Assembly: GCA_017615655.1 (NCBI GenBank)
Contig: JAFZZS010000005.1
Location: forward strand, 1,683-65,682
Reading direction: 5' to 3'
DNA length: 64,000 nt
Source: Alphaproteobacteria bacterium
GTDB taxonomy: Bacteria; Pseudomonadota; Alphaproteobacteria; Rs-D84
Numbering within the stretch: position 1 is the first letter of the stretch; the number at the start of each line of letters is the position of its first letter. Shown piece by piece: positions 52,188-62,836 of the stretch. The notes beneath the pieces were generated by a model. It was not told the DNA's origin. It saw only the letters and a program-made list of their open reading frames with translations, and did no database searches. Both the position numbers and the translations under genes were made by a program.

Positions 52188-52874
52188 CTAAAATAAGTTA
52201 AAATCATTAGTAAATGCCTCTACTAAAGCATTTTTAACCTCGACACCGGACAAACCAGCTAAACGCATATAATTGTCAATTTGTGTGTCTGAGTGGAATA
52301 TATAGGCACTATGGTCCGCAAATTCAGGAACAGACATAATATGTTGTGATGGTTTAAATATTATCTTGGCGGTATTATCAATTGTATACCCACCAAAACT
52401 AATATTTGACTTCGTATTATTGCAATTTTTATTTACAATTGCGAGCCCTGATACATCTGAATAACTTTTTTTACCACCAATAATTTTTGTTTGAAGTAAA
52501 ATACTAGTATCATCACAATTATGTTCTGCGACAATATTAAGTGATAAATTAGACAAATTTTTACACATAATGTGACCACGAAGTTCAGAATTTTTCCCGG
52601 TGTTTTTTATAAAAATATTAAAAAAAGCCGGGAATTTATTTTTTATGTTCACACTTAAAAACACCGGTTGATTTGATGCATTTATATTTATATTCAATGT
52701 ATTTTTATCTTTTATTTCACCAACGTATACAATATGAATAGGCAAATCGTAATTTTTTGATATATTCTCGGTTTCTTTAATAGTAGAAAGTGATGAATTA
52801 TAAACCCCATCACAGTAAACAATAGTTTCTGCGGGAAAAGTTTTTATATTGAATTTGTTCCACATGTATGACAT
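52188..52874 (-). CDS. short SufB/SufD-like protein
   Basis: Beta-helix-like pattern, P......V...HSA, YM..AGL....K..LV.AF. Confidence 0.6.
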   Translation of the reverse strand: MSYMWNKFNIKTFPAETIVYCDGVYNSSLSTIKETENISKNYDLPIHIVYVGEIKDKNTLNININASNQPVFLSVNIKNKFPAFFNIFIKNTGKNSELRGHIMCKNLSNLSLNIVAEHNCDDTSILLQTKIIGGKKSYSDVSGLAIVNKNCNNTKSNISFGGYTIDNTAKIIFKPSQHIMSVPEFADHSAYIFHSDTQIDNYMRLAGLSGVEVKNALVEAFTNDFNLF

Positions 52875-52901
52875 ATTATCTGTATTATAAAGGATTTTAT
52901 T

Positions 52902-53981
52902 ATGGGTTTCAATTGTGGAATTGTTGGTTTACCAAATGTTGGAAAATCAACATTGTTTAATGCATTAACACAAAGTGCCGCGGCTGATGCGCAAAATTAT
53001 CCATTTTGTACCATAGAACCAAATACAGGTCATGTTGTTGTTCCTGATGAGATATTACATAAACTAGCAGCGGTTGATAATTCGGCAAAAATTATACCAA
53101 CACAACTTGAAATTGTTGATATTGCCGGGCTTGTTCGTGGGGCATCAAATGGTGAAGGATTAGGAAATAAATTTCTGGGAAATATTCTAGAAACAGATGC
53201 AATAATCCATGTTGTTCGTTGTTTTGAAAATGATGATATTGTCCATGTTGATGGTCGTATAGATCCAATATCAGATATAGATACTATTGAAACAGAACTT
53301 ATGATGGCTGATCTGGAAAGTTTATCTAAACAAATTAAAAATCTTGAAAAAAAAGCACATGGTTTAGATAAAGATGCTATAAAATTACTTGCAGATGCGA
53401 AAGTAATACAAGAAAATCTTGAAAAATCTGTACCTGCACGTGAAACTAATATTGAAACTAAACCATTTAATTTGTTAACAGCGAAACCTGTTATATACGT
53501 ATGTAATGTAGAAGAATCTGCGGCGGCGAATGGAAATAAATACTCGGAAATGGTTGTTAACAAATTTGCTAATAAATCACCGGTATTAATTATTTCTGGA
53601 AAAATTGAAATGGAAATTGCACAAATTGTTGACCCAGATGAACGTAAAATGTTTTTAAACGATCTTGGACTTGAACAATCAGGACTAGAAAAAGTTATAA
53701 AAACTGGATACGAAACACTTGGTCTTCAAACATTTTATACTGTAGGGCCAAAAGAAGCACATGCATGGACCATTACACGTGGAATGACCGCACCACAAGC
53801 AGCCGGAAAAATCCATACAGATTTTGAAAAAGGTTTTATTCGCGCAGAAATAATTTCACCAAATGATTATATAGAACTTGGTGGTGAAGTTGCTGTCAAA
53901 GAAGCCGGAAAAATGCGTTTAGTTGGACGTGATTACGTTATGCAAGAAGGTGATATCTGTCATTTCTTGTTTAATAATTAA
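52902..53981 (+). CDS. ychF: ribosome-binding ATPase YchF
   Basis: GIVGLPNVGKST, NYPFCTIEPN, DIAGLV.GAS.GEGLGN, IHTDFEKGFIRAE. Confidence 0.98.
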   Translation: MGFNCGIVGLPNVGKSTLFNALTQSAAADAQNYPFCTIEPNTGHVVVPDEILHKLAAVDNSAKIIPTQLEIVDIAGLVRGASNGEGLGNKFLGNILETDAIIHVVRCFENDDIVHVDGRIDPISDIDTIETELMMADLESLSKQIKNLEKKAHGLDKDAIKLLADAKVIQENLEKSVPARETNIETKPFNLLTAKPVIYVCNVEESAAANGNKYSEMVVNKFANKSPVLIISGKIEMEIAQIVDPDERKMFLNDLGLEQSGLEKVIKTGYETLGLQTFYTVGPKEAHAWTITRGMTAPQAAGKIHTDFEKGFIRAEIISPNDYIELGGEVAVKEAGKMRLVGRDYVMQEGDICHFLFNN

Positions 53982-53997
53982 TTTATGATAATTACAG

Positions 53998-55617
53998 TTA
54001 TTTATCATTTGTATCAAGCAGAAGTTCAAGTTTTTCTTGGGCTTCTTTTATTTTTTTATCAATTTCTTTTATAGAATCAGAATTATTATTTTTTAACGCA
54101 TTTGCAACAAGTTGCTTTTTTTTAATATTTAATTTTTCCAGATATTTTTGTAATTTTAAAGAGATGAGATATTTTTCTGCGGAACTAAAATCAAGATTCA
54201 TCTCATTTACATTAGAACTAAAATCAAGATTAAAAACACTTATAAAATCACCGTATCTTTCCGCAAGTTCTGGGTATTTGTTAACAATAAATAATAACGT
54301 GTTCTTGGTTGTTAATTCTATATCTGGAACATCTATATTTTGTGCATTAGTTTTTTTCTTCCATTTATGCCATTCATTAAATTTACGTGAATCGTATTCA
54401 TGTTCGTATTCTGCGCGCAATAATTTATCTGTTATTTTTTCAAGTTCAGATTTTAAAAATTTTTCTGCCTGTGTTTTGCCAGAAGGTGTATTAACAAGAT
54501 AATTTTGATTAGTAATTTTCCATAAAAAATCAACCAAAGGCATCGCATTATTTATAATTTTATCCATTTCTTTTTTACCAGATTTACGCAGAATTTCATC
54601 TGGATCTTTACCACAAGTTACAAATGCAAAGCGAACATCAGAATTATCACGTAAAAACGGTAATACAATATCACATGCGCGTGCTGCGGCTTTTTGCCCT
54701 GCCCCATCACCATCAAAACAGAAAATAATATTTCGGTTTGCTTTGCAAAGTATTGCTATATGATCCTCGGTTAATGCAGTTCCAAGTGGCGCAACAGTTT
54801 CACTAAAACCATTACATTGCATTTGAATTGCATCTATTTGCCCTTCAACAACAATAGCACGATTTGCGCGATGTATAGATTCACGTGCAAAATTAAAACC
54901 AAATAATGTTTGACGTTTATGAAATAATTCTGTATCTGATGTGTTTATATATTTTGGTTCAGACCCATCCAGTGAACGCCCTGAAAATGCAATAATTTGT
55001 CCATGTGCGTTAAATATAGGAAACATTAATTTATCACGAAAGAAATCATATAAACCAAATTCACCACGTCGCACTAATCCTGTTGAGATTAATTTATCTT
55101 GTTTTATATTTGTAAACTTATTTGAAATAATGTTGTTTTTTGGTGCATATCCTATACCATACTTTTTTATCATTTCATCAGTAAAACCGCGACCACGTAT
55201 ATATTCTAATGCATGTGCACCTTCGGGTGTAAATAATTTTTCGGTATATATCTTTTCTGCATCAGAAGTAATGGTTATATATGTTTCTTCTGATTCAATT
55301 TGTTCTTTGGTTTTTGGTTTATATTCTGGTAACTTTAATCCGGCCATATCGGCTAATTCGGTTATTGCTGTTTTAAAATCAACATGTTCTGATTCCATTG
55401 TAAACGAAATAATATCACCGTGTTTTCCGCACCCAAAACAGTGGAAAAAACCCTTATCTTCACTAACGGAAAAAGACGGAGTTTTTTCGTTATGAAATGG
55501 GCAACAACCCCAATAATTTTGTCCCTTTTTTACTAATGGCACACGACGCGATATAACATCAACTATTGATAATCTTTCGCGTAATTGGTCGGTAAAATTA
55601 TTATCGTATTTTGCCAT
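53998..55617 (-). CDS. dnaG: DNA primase
   Basis: CPFHNEKTPSF zinc finger, KYINTS, VEG..D, LGTALT, FDGDGAG, KDPD. Confidence 0.97.
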   Translation of the reverse strand: MAKYDNNFTDQLRERLSIVDVISRRVPLVKKGQNYWGCCPFHNEKTPSFSVSEDKGFFHCFGCGKHGDIISFTMESEHVDFKTAITELADMAGLKLPEYKPKTKEQIESEETYITITSDAEKIYTEKLFTPEGAHALEYIRGRGFTDEMIKKYGIGYAPKNNIISNKFTNIKQDKLISTGLVRRGEFGLYDFFRDKLMFPIFNAHGQIIAFSGRSLDGSEPKYINTSDTELFHKRQTLFGFNFARESIHRANRAIVVEGQIDAIQMQCNGFSETVAPLGTALTEDHIAILCKANRNIIFCFDGDGAGQKAAARACDIVLPFLRDNSDVRFAFVTCGKDPDEILRKSGKKEMDKIINNAMPLVDFLWKITNQNYLVNTPSGKTQAEKFLKSELEKITDKLLRAEYEHEYDSRKFNEWHKWKKKTNAQNIDVPDIELTTKNTLLFIVNKYPELAERYGDFISVFNLDFSSNVNEMNLDFSSAEKYLISLKLQKYLEKLNIKKKQLVANALKNNNSDSIKEIDKKIKEAQEKLELLLDTNDK

Positions 55618-57842
55618 TACTTCTTACTAAATTTTTTTGTTGTTTTTTTATTATTGATTAAATCCACAGCATTTTCTAAATCTGGTTGTTCTTTGACACT
55701 AACATTTACTTTGTTACTAGAAATGTAAGCGCCATAGCGTCCAGTTGGATAATAATAAATCATTTTATTTGTTTTTGGGTTTATACCAATTTCTATGGGT
55801 TCAACTTTCTTTTTTTCACCAGACAATAGTTCTTTTGCTATTTCAAGTGTTATAGAATCAGATGAATATTTTCGAGCAGAAGCATTTTTTTTGCCATCCG
55901 TAACATATGGACCAAATTTTCCTATACGATAAGATATACCATCCCCAAGTTCTTTTGGTTCGTTTTTAATATCATTAGTTTGTTCATCAGACATACGTTT
56001 TGTATAATCACATTTTGGATAATTTTCGCATCCAATAAAAGCACCATACTTTGATAATTTAATTCCCAGTTTACCACCACACTTTGGACATTTGTTATTT
56101 CCATCAATAAATAAATGGTGATTCATAAAAGTATTTATTTCTTGAATAATATCAGATGTTTTAACGTCGCGCGCACCAGAAATCATAGTTTTTGTATCAC
56201 CCCAAAAATCATTCAATGCGCTTAATTTGTCGGTTTTACCATTTGAAACATCATCCAGAGTATCTTCGGTTTTTGCGGTAAAATTAACGTCAACTAAGTC
56301 GGAAAAATATTTTGACAAGTATGCTGCAATAACCCATCCACCGGATGTAGGTTGAAAACGACGTTGTTTATCTTGCTCGACATATTTTCTGTCAACGATC
56401 GTAGACATAATAGTTGCATACGTTGATGGGCGCCCTATACCAAGTTCTTCAAGTTTTTTAACAAGTGATGCTTCGGTATATCTTGCAGGTGGTTGAGTAA
56501 AATGTTGATCAGATTCTATTTTAGAAATTATGATTTTGTCACCAATATTCATAACAGGTAATTTCTCATCTGATTCATCATCAGCATCATCTTTATCTTC
56601 GATATAAACTTTCATAAAACCATCAAATGTGCGCGTTCTACCAACCGCATGAAATGTCGCAATATTATCATTTGTTAAAATATCCGCACTAACAGAATCA
56701 AATTCCGCATTTGTCATTTGGCATGCAATTGTTCGTTTCCATATTAATTCATAAATTTTCTTTTCATCCCCAGAAAGTTCATGAAATGCGCTTTCAAAAT
56801 GTGTTGGACGAATTGCTTCGTGCGCTTCTTGCGCATTCTTAGATTTTGTAATATAGACATTTGGTGTTTTTGGTAAAAATGTATTCCCATACGTTTTTTC
56901 AATAAATGCTCTTATTTCACTAACAGCTTCGTTTGAAAGGTTTGTAGCATCTGTTCTCATGTAAGTAATAAAACCATTCTCATAAAGTTTTTGGGCCACC
57001 GTCATAGTTTTCTTTGATGAAAAATGAAGCTTGCGTGAGGCTTCTTGTTGCAGTGTACTTGTTGTGAATGGGGCATATGGTTTATAAGATATTTTTTTCT
57101 TTTCTATATTACTGACCTTGGCATCTAATGGTGTTTTTAATTTTGATAAAACAGAATCTACATCAGATGAATTTCTTAGTGTCATTTTTTCAATTTTTTT
57201 GCCATCAAAATATAAAAGCCCTGCATTAAAATCATTTTTACCGATAGTACAACCAGCAGATATAGACCAATATTCTTGAGGTTTAAAATCTTCTATTTCT
57301 CGTTCACGATCAACAACTAACTTTACAGCAACTGATTGTACACGTCCTGCTGACCGTCCAAGATTTCTGCGCCATAACAAAGGTGAAATTTCAAAACCAA
57401 TTAGATAATCTAATGCGCGTCTAACAAGATATGCATCAACTAAATTAGAATCTATTTCACGTGGGTGTTTAATTGCTGTGGTTACTGCGTTTTTTGTAAT
57501 TTCATGAAATGCGACACGGTATACAGGCGTTTTTCCAATAAGATTTCGTGAATTTAATATATCTAGTATATGCCAAGCAATTGCTTCCCCCTCGCGGTCA
57601 GGATCGGACGCCAAATAAACAGCATCTGCTTTTTTTACCTCGTCAGTAATAAGTTTTATCTGTTTCTCTTTACCAGGCATAATTTGCCAATTCATTTTAA
57701 AGTTGTGTTCTGTATCAACACTTCCATTTTCCGGTACTAAATCACGAACATGACCAACAGACGCGATAACATGCCATCCTTGCCCTAAATATTTTTCAAT
57801 TGTTTTTGCCTTTGATGGAGATTCAACAATAAGTAAATTCAT
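55617..57842 (-). CDS. topA: DNA topoisomerase I
   Basis: IVESPSK, DPDREGEAI, SAGRVQS, ITYMRTD, EAHEAIRPT, GIGRPSTY. Confidence 0.97.
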   Translation of the reverse strand: MNLLIVESPSKAKTIEKYLGQGWHVIASVGHVRDLVPENGSVDTEHNFKMNWQIMPGKEKQIKLITDEVKKADAVYLASDPDREGEAIAWHILDILNSRNLIGKTPVYRVAFHEITKNAVTTAIKHPREIDSNLVDAYLVRRALDYLIGFEISPLLWRRNLGRSAGRVQSVAVKLVVDREREIEDFKPQEYWSISAGCTIGKNDFNAGLLYFDGKKIEKMTLRNSSDVDSVLSKLKTPLDAKVSNIEKKKISYKPYAPFTTSTLQQEASRKLHFSSKKTMTVAQKLYENGFITYMRTDATNLSNEAVSEIRAFIEKTYGNTFLPKTPNVYITKSKNAQEAHEAIRPTHFESAFHELSGDEKKIYELIWKRTIACQMTNAEFDSVSADILTNDNIATFHAVGRTRTFDGFMKVYIEDKDDADDESDEKLPVMNIGDKIIISKIESDQHFTQPPARYTEASLVKKLEELGIGRPSTYATIMSTIVDRKYVEQDKQRRFQPTSGGWVIAAYLSKYFSDLVDVNFTAKTEDTLDDVSNGKTDKLSALNDFWGDTKTMISGARDVKTSDIIQEINTFMNHHLFIDGNNKCPKCGGKLGIKLSKYGAFIGCENYPKCDYTKRMSDEQTNDIKNEPKELGDGISYRIGKFGPYVTDGKKNASARKYSSDSITLEIAKELLSGEKKKVEPIEIGINPKTNKMIYYYPTGRYGAYISSNKVNVSVKEQPDLENAVDLINNKKTTKKFSKK

Positions 57843-57843
57843 T

Positions 57844-58989
57844 TTAACTTCCTTTGGCCGATAATTGTTGGTCTTTATGTATATGTGCATTCTCACATAG
57901 TCCAAAGCCGAACATAAGCGATAATAAACTACTGCCGCCAAAGGACATAAGTGGTAATGGAACCCCAACAGTGGGAACAAGACCAAGAACCATAGAGATA
58001 TTTATAAAATAATAAATGAAAAAGTTCAACATAAAACCAAAACAAACCAATTGACCAAAACGGTTTCTACAGGTTTTTGCCGCCCAGAATAAAATAACAA
58101 TGATGCTTGTATATATAAATAATACAGTAAAAGCACCAAAAAACCCAAATTCTTCACCAAGCATAGTAAATATAAAGTCTGTCTGTTTTTCTGGCAAGAA
58201 AGATTGTTGGGATTGTGACCCATTCATATACCCTTTACCTATTAATCCGCCACTACCAAAGGCTATTTTTGCCTGGTTAATTTGATAGCCTGCACCTTTT
58301 GCGTCATGATCAGGATTAAGAAAGGTTATAATTCTTTCACGTTGATATTCATGCATACCACCAAACCATATAACTGGTGCCGCCAAAACCGCCATAATAG
58401 CACCAATAAGAAACCATTTTTTATTTGCACCAACAATATAAAAAATTCCAATGGTAATAAGACCAATTGAAACCGCAGTCCCTAAATCTGGTTGCATCAC
58501 AATAAGTCCGAATGGAACAAGCATCATAAAAGCAGGAACAAGGTAATTTTTAAATTTGCTTAAATCTACAGAATTCATCCATGCAAAATATCGTGCTAAT
58601 GCCATAACAAGTGCGATTTTAAAAAATTCTGATGGTTGAATGTGAATAAACCCAAGGTTTAGCCAACGTTGCGCACCCATCCCGGTATGACCAACAAAAG
58701 TTACTAATATAATAAGAATAGCAGCAACCGCATATATCGTGTACGCAGATTTTAACCAAAATTTTATATTCGTGAATGCCGCGACAAAAAAAACGAACAT
58801 ACCCATGGTAATTTTTAACAATTGTGACAATGCGAAAGGTTTCCACGAACCACCGCCAGCGGAATAAAGAATAACTTCGGATATAACTAATATTAAACAC
58901 ATTGGGGCAAACATAACCCATGAAAAACGGCTAAGTTTTTCTGAAAAACTCATCATATTCGCATTAGAAACACGTGTTTGTCTTGTCAT
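57844..58989 (-). CDS. rodA: rod shape-determining protein RodA
   Basis: GAQRW, QPSEF.K, QPDLGT, LPEKQTDFIF, P..GVPLPLMS.GGS. Confidence 0.95.
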   Translation of the reverse strand: MTRQTRVSNANMMSFSEKLSRFSWVMFAPMCLILVISEVILYSAGGGSWKPFALSQLLKITMGMFVFFVAAFTNIKFWLKSAYTIYAVAAILIILVTFVGHTGMGAQRWLNLGFIHIQPSEFFKIALVMALARYFAWMNSVDLSKFKNYLVPAFMMLVPFGLIVMQPDLGTAVSIGLITIGIFYIVGANKKWFLIGAIMAVLAAPVIWFGGMHEYQRERIITFLNPDHDAKGAGYQINQAKIAFGSGGLIGKGYMNGSQSQQSFLPEKQTDFIFTMLGEEFGFFGAFTVLFIYTSIIVILFWAAKTCRNRFGQLVCFGFMLNFFIYYFINISMVLGLVPTVGVPLPLMSFGGSSLLSLMFGFGLCENAHIHKDQQLSAKGS

Positions 58990-58991
58990 CT

Positions 58992-60767
58992 TTAATCGCT
59001 CGTTAAAAGTTCCTTCATTATACTTGCACATGTACGTGCGGCGCTACCACTGCCACCAGAATGTTCTGTAATGATGCATACGGCGTATTTTGGTGCATTG
59101 GTCGGGGCATATCCAACGAACAGCCCATGATTACGCATATTCCACTTAAGTTGTTCATTGGTAAGAACCCCAGAAATACGTTCCGCGCGCGAAATACTTC
59201 GAACTTGGGAAGTACCAGTTTTCCCAGCCATTTTTGCGCCCTTGACATTTATAGCACTGCCTGCGGCAGTTCCGCCCTTTTTTGTTACTTCTTCTAGACC
59301 ATTAAGAACAATTTTAAGATTCTTTTGTTGGAATTCCATACTATCAAATTTTGGCAAATATTCATCTTTGATTAAACGTGGCACAATTTTTTTATTTGAT
59401 GCGACACGCGCCATCATGATAGCAAGTTGCATGCAATTTACTAAAATAAAGCCCTGACCAATTCCAGAAATAATAGTATCACCATGCACCCATTTTGAAC
59501 CAATATTAGATTCTTTCCATTGTCTGTCCGGTATAACCCCAGGCATTTGTTTCAGAATGATATCTTCCATGTATTTCTCTGTCATCCCAAGACGAATAGC
59601 CATACGTTTGATAGCATCTATACCGATACGCAAAGCCAGTTGATAAAAATAAATATCGCATGAGTGTTTAAGTGCCTGGACAAGATTTACACGACCATGT
59701 CCTTTGCTTTCCCAGCAGTGATAACGTCTGTCTCCATAATCCCAATGCCCCGGACAAAAAACAGTTTCATTTGGTGTAACCGCACCAGCCTCTAGTGCAG
59801 CAAGCGCAACAACAATTTTAAAAGTTGAACCTGGTGGATAAAGTCCTTCGAACACTTTATTCATAAATGGTTTTGCGAAATTTTGACGCAGTCCGGCAAT
59901 ATATTCTTCGGCATCATCCCCAGAAAAATAATTAGGATCAAAACTAGGTGTAGATGCCATTGCCAAAATATCGCCATTTGCAATATCCAAAACAACACCA
60001 CATCCAGATTTATGCAATGTTAATAAATCATAAAGTTTTCTTTGTATATTATCGTTAATGGTTGTCTGAATATCAGACCCAATAATAGATTTTTTAAATT
60101 GTGTTTTGTCTTCACCTGTAACACGTCCAACCGCATTAGTTATCATCACATTTTGACCGGGGGTACCAGATAATTTGTCGTTAAATTTCTTTTCAAGCCC
60201 TGTTATACCATGTGTATAAAAGGGTGTATTTGCAACTGGTTTATCGGGTGCCCCAACATAGCCAAAAAACTGCGCACCCGCAGGCCCCAACTCATAAACA
60301 CGTGCAAAACCACTATCAACGTGCAATCCCGCAAGATTTTTTGCTTGTAATCCCGCAAGAGTATTCCAATTAGTGTTTTCACTTACCAAGACAGGTTGAA
60401 ATTTTTGTTGTTTTTTTATTCGTTGCCATATTTTATCAACCCGTTTTTTCGTTAGGTCTAAATCATGTGCAACCACAGATACAAGATTTTCTAAATCATC
60501 GGTTTCTTCGGGAATAATATATATACGATAAACAGGGGCATCATGCGAAATTGGTGTCCCATTTGATGATAATATATTGCCACGTTGCGGCATGTTTACT
60601 TGAATACGAAATGAATTATTTTCACTTTTCTTTTTATAATTATGATAGTTAAAAACCTGCATCTGTAACATGCGTAAAACCAAGGCGGATGTTAATACCA
60701 TACCTGTTGTTAAAAACAAAGCACTGCGGCGGTCAAATAATTTTGATATTTCTGTATCAATCATCAC
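58992..60767 (-). CDS. mrdA: penicillin-binding protein 2
   Basis: YPPGSTFK, SCD, AGKTGTSQ; between mreD and rodA. Confidence 0.95.
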   Translation of the reverse strand: MMIDTEISKLFDRRSALFLTTGMVLTSALVLRMLQMQVFNYHNYKKKSENNSFRIQVNMPQRGNILSSNGTPISHDAPVYRIYIIPEETDDLENLVSVVAHDLDLTKKRVDKIWQRIKKQQKFQPVLVSENTNWNTLAGLQAKNLAGLHVDSGFARVYELGPAGAQFFGYVGAPDKPVANTPFYTHGITGLEKKFNDKLSGTPGQNVMITNAVGRVTGEDKTQFKKSIIGSDIQTTINDNIQRKLYDLLTLHKSGCGVVLDIANGDILAMASTPSFDPNYFSGDDAEEYIAGLRQNFAKPFMNKVFEGLYPPGSTFKIVVALAALEAGAVTPNETVFCPGHWDYGDRRYHCWESKGHGRVNLVQALKHSCDIYFYQLALRIGIDAIKRMAIRLGMTEKYMEDIILKQMPGVIPDRQWKESNIGSKWVHGDTIISGIGQGFILVNCMQLAIMMARVASNKKIVPRLIKDEYLPKFDSMEFQQKNLKIVLNGLEEVTKKGGTAAGSAINVKGAKMAGKTGTSQVRSISRAERISGVLTNEQLKWNMRNHGLFVGYAPTNAPKYAVCIITEHSGGSGSAARTCASIMKELLTSD

Positions 60768-61212
60768 ATACCACCTTGGTTAAAAAAGCCACTGGAATAT
60801 ATGCTGCGCATGTAATTATAAACATAAAAATGCCACCCAAAATCCCAATTAAATTAAAATTCCAAATAATCATTGATATAGATGCAATACCAAAAAATAT
60901 CATAAAGGCGTATATGCCGTATTTTTTGGTATGCGTTAAATCAATGATTGTTTGAATATTCATGATTGCATAGTAAGCACAATATAAACTTGTCCAGAAC
61001 ATAACAGTATCAAATTTATAATCTATTAAAAAACAAAGCAGAATTGCGAATACCGTAAAATATGGCACCGGTCGTATAAAAGAACAATAGAATATAGGTA
61101 TAATTGCTAAAATTCCTGCTGGATTTATCCATGGACTTGATAATCGCCATAATGCAATAGTAATCAAAAAAGGAAATATAATTTGCAAATATTTTACAAT
61201 TGTTTGCTTCAT
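60757..61212 (-). CDS. mreD: rod shape-determining protein MreD-like
   Basis: Small polytopic membrane protein between mreC and mrdA. Confidence 0.7.
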   Translation of the reverse strand: MKQTIVKYLQIIFPFLITIALWRLSSPWINPAGILAIIPIFYCSFIRPVPYFTVFAILLCFLIDYKFDTVMFWTSLYCAYYAIMNIQTIIDLTHTKKYGIYAFMIFFGIASISMIIWNFNLIGILGGIFMFIITCAAYIPVAFLTKVVCDD

Positions 61213-62033
61213 TTGTATTTTTCCTGATTTACATTAAATTTATACACAATGACACTGGATAGTTTGCTTGGCGATAACACATCAACATCAGATGTATTGT
61301 GCATTGTCCCAACAAATATGTCAGGTGGTAAAATACCACTGATACTGCTGGTAACAAGTTTAGTTCCTTTACCACCTTGGAATTTATGATCACTAAAGAA
61401 ACCAATTTTTGATGTTGTTGAGCCATTCCCATGTAAAAAACCGTATACATCTGATCCAGCAACACGAACAGCAATATTAGTATTAGAATCTGTAAGTGCA
61501 CGCACACGTGAATAATGTAGTCCAGTATCCATAACAATACCAACCATTGTATTATCAAACGACAAAACAACCATTCCTGGCTTTATTTCATCATAAGCTC
61601 CCCGATCAATTAAAAACGTTCCGTGATTAAGCGCACTGTTATCCAGGATTACATCGGCAACCACGGTATCATATCCGATACTTTTTTTAATATCTAATTC
61701 ATGTGCTAAACGCTGATTTTCAACCAATGCGATATCACAATCATTTTTAGTAGCCAGTGCGGCATAAAGTCGTACACGTAGTTCTGCATTTTCCTGTTCA
61801 AGATTAGAAATATTGCGAATATTCCTAACTAAATTTCCACCCGCCCTTACCGGCCATGTTACCAAATCGCCAATAGCACTTACCACAGGTAAAATAATAT
61901 GTGCCGCCCCATTCATTATTCTGTAATCTGGTTTTGCTATTACAATATAAAGTAGTATCATCGGCAAAAGCGCCGCAACAAATGCGGACTTTATAATAGT
62001 ATGTAATCTGGAAGATACTTTCTTTGGGTTCAT
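61209..62033 (-). CDS. mreC: rod shape-determining protein MreC
   Basis: TM, LEQENAEL coiled coil, IDRG, VG.V, LVTS...G..P. Confidence 0.9.
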   Translation of the reverse strand: MNPKKVSSRLHTIIKSAFVAALLPMILLYIVIAKPDYRIMNGAAHIILPVVSAIGDLVTWPVRAGGNLVRNIRNISNLEQENAELRVRLYAALATKNDCDIALVENQRLAHELDIKKSIGYDTVVADVILDNSALNHGTFLIDRGAYDEIKPGMVVLSFDNTMVGIVMDTGLHYSRVRALTDSNTNIAVRVAGSDVYGFLHGNGSTTSKIGFFSDHKFQGGKGTKLVTSSISGILPPDIFVGTMHNTSDVDVLSPSKLSSVIVYKFNVNQEKYK

Positions 62034-62173
62034 TTGTTGGTCAGTTTAATAGTAAAAAAAAGAATATTCAATAAAAACTTGATTTTTCGTTTATTTATGT
62101 CAGAATAGGCGCGTTGAACCATCCAAAGTGGCAAGGCATTGCCACCAGGATATATGCAAAAAGAGGTTATAAA

Positions 62174-62377
62174 ATGCCAAAATTAAAAACAAAGTCATAC
62201 TTGAAAAAGCGTGCATCTATGACCGCAACCGGTAAAGTTCGTGTTGCCAGAAATGCCCACAAGAAACTTCTGCGTAATAAATCTGCCCGTGCAAACAAGG
62301 CCGGGTCTAAACCGCAGTATTTGAATGATAACATGGTCGGTCAGGCGAAAATCTTGGCACCATATGGTTTGAAATAA
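62174..62377 (+). CDS. rpmI: 50S ribosomal protein bL35
   Basis: MPKLKTK...KKR...TATGKV...PY; upstream of rplT. Confidence 0.93.
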   Translation: MPKLKTKSYLKKRASMTATGKVRVARNAHKKLLRNKSARANKAGSKPQYLNDNMVGQAKILAPYGLK

Positions 62378-62389
62378 TGGGGGTACATT

Positions 62390-62755
62390 ATGGCAAGAGT
62401 AAAACGTGGAACAACGGTTCGTCAAAAACACAATAAAATTTTAGAACGTGCCAAAGGTTTTCTTGGGCGCCACAGTAGCACTTATCGTGCCGCACGTGAA
62501 AAATCCGAAAAAGCAGGTCAATATGCATATCGCGATCGTCGTACCAAAAAACGCGATTTTCGCAGTTTATGGATTGTTCGTATAAATGCGGCGGTTCGTC
62601 CGTCTGGTATTACATACAGTCAATTTATGAATGGTCTGCGCAAGGCAGGTGTCGATTTGGATCGCAAGGTTTTGGCAGAAATGGCGTATGCTGGCGATGC
62701 AAATTTTGCTAAACTTGTTGAGACTGCAAAACGATTTATCGCAGGGGATAAATAA
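62390..62755 (+). CDS. rplT: 50S ribosomal protein bL20
   Basis: [29 protein letters not shown]. Confidence 0.98.
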   Translation: MARVKRGTTVRQKHNKILERAKGFLGRHSSTYRAAREKSEKAGQYAYRDRRTKKRDFRSLWIVRINAAVRPSGITYSQFMNGLRKAGVDLDRKVLAEMAYAGDANFAKLVETAKRFIAGDK

Positions 62756-62836
62756 AACCCTTGGCGGCAGGTTGTTTTTTGTTTATGATTATGGGGCCGC
62801 AGGTGTTGGCCCCATATTTATTAAAAGGTTGAATCA

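Noticed and set aside
62756-62836. Two hairpins before pheS as a possible T-box or Phe attenuator
   Set aside because: No UGGNACC bulge and no Phe-rich leader peptide; more likely a terminator or processing hairpins.
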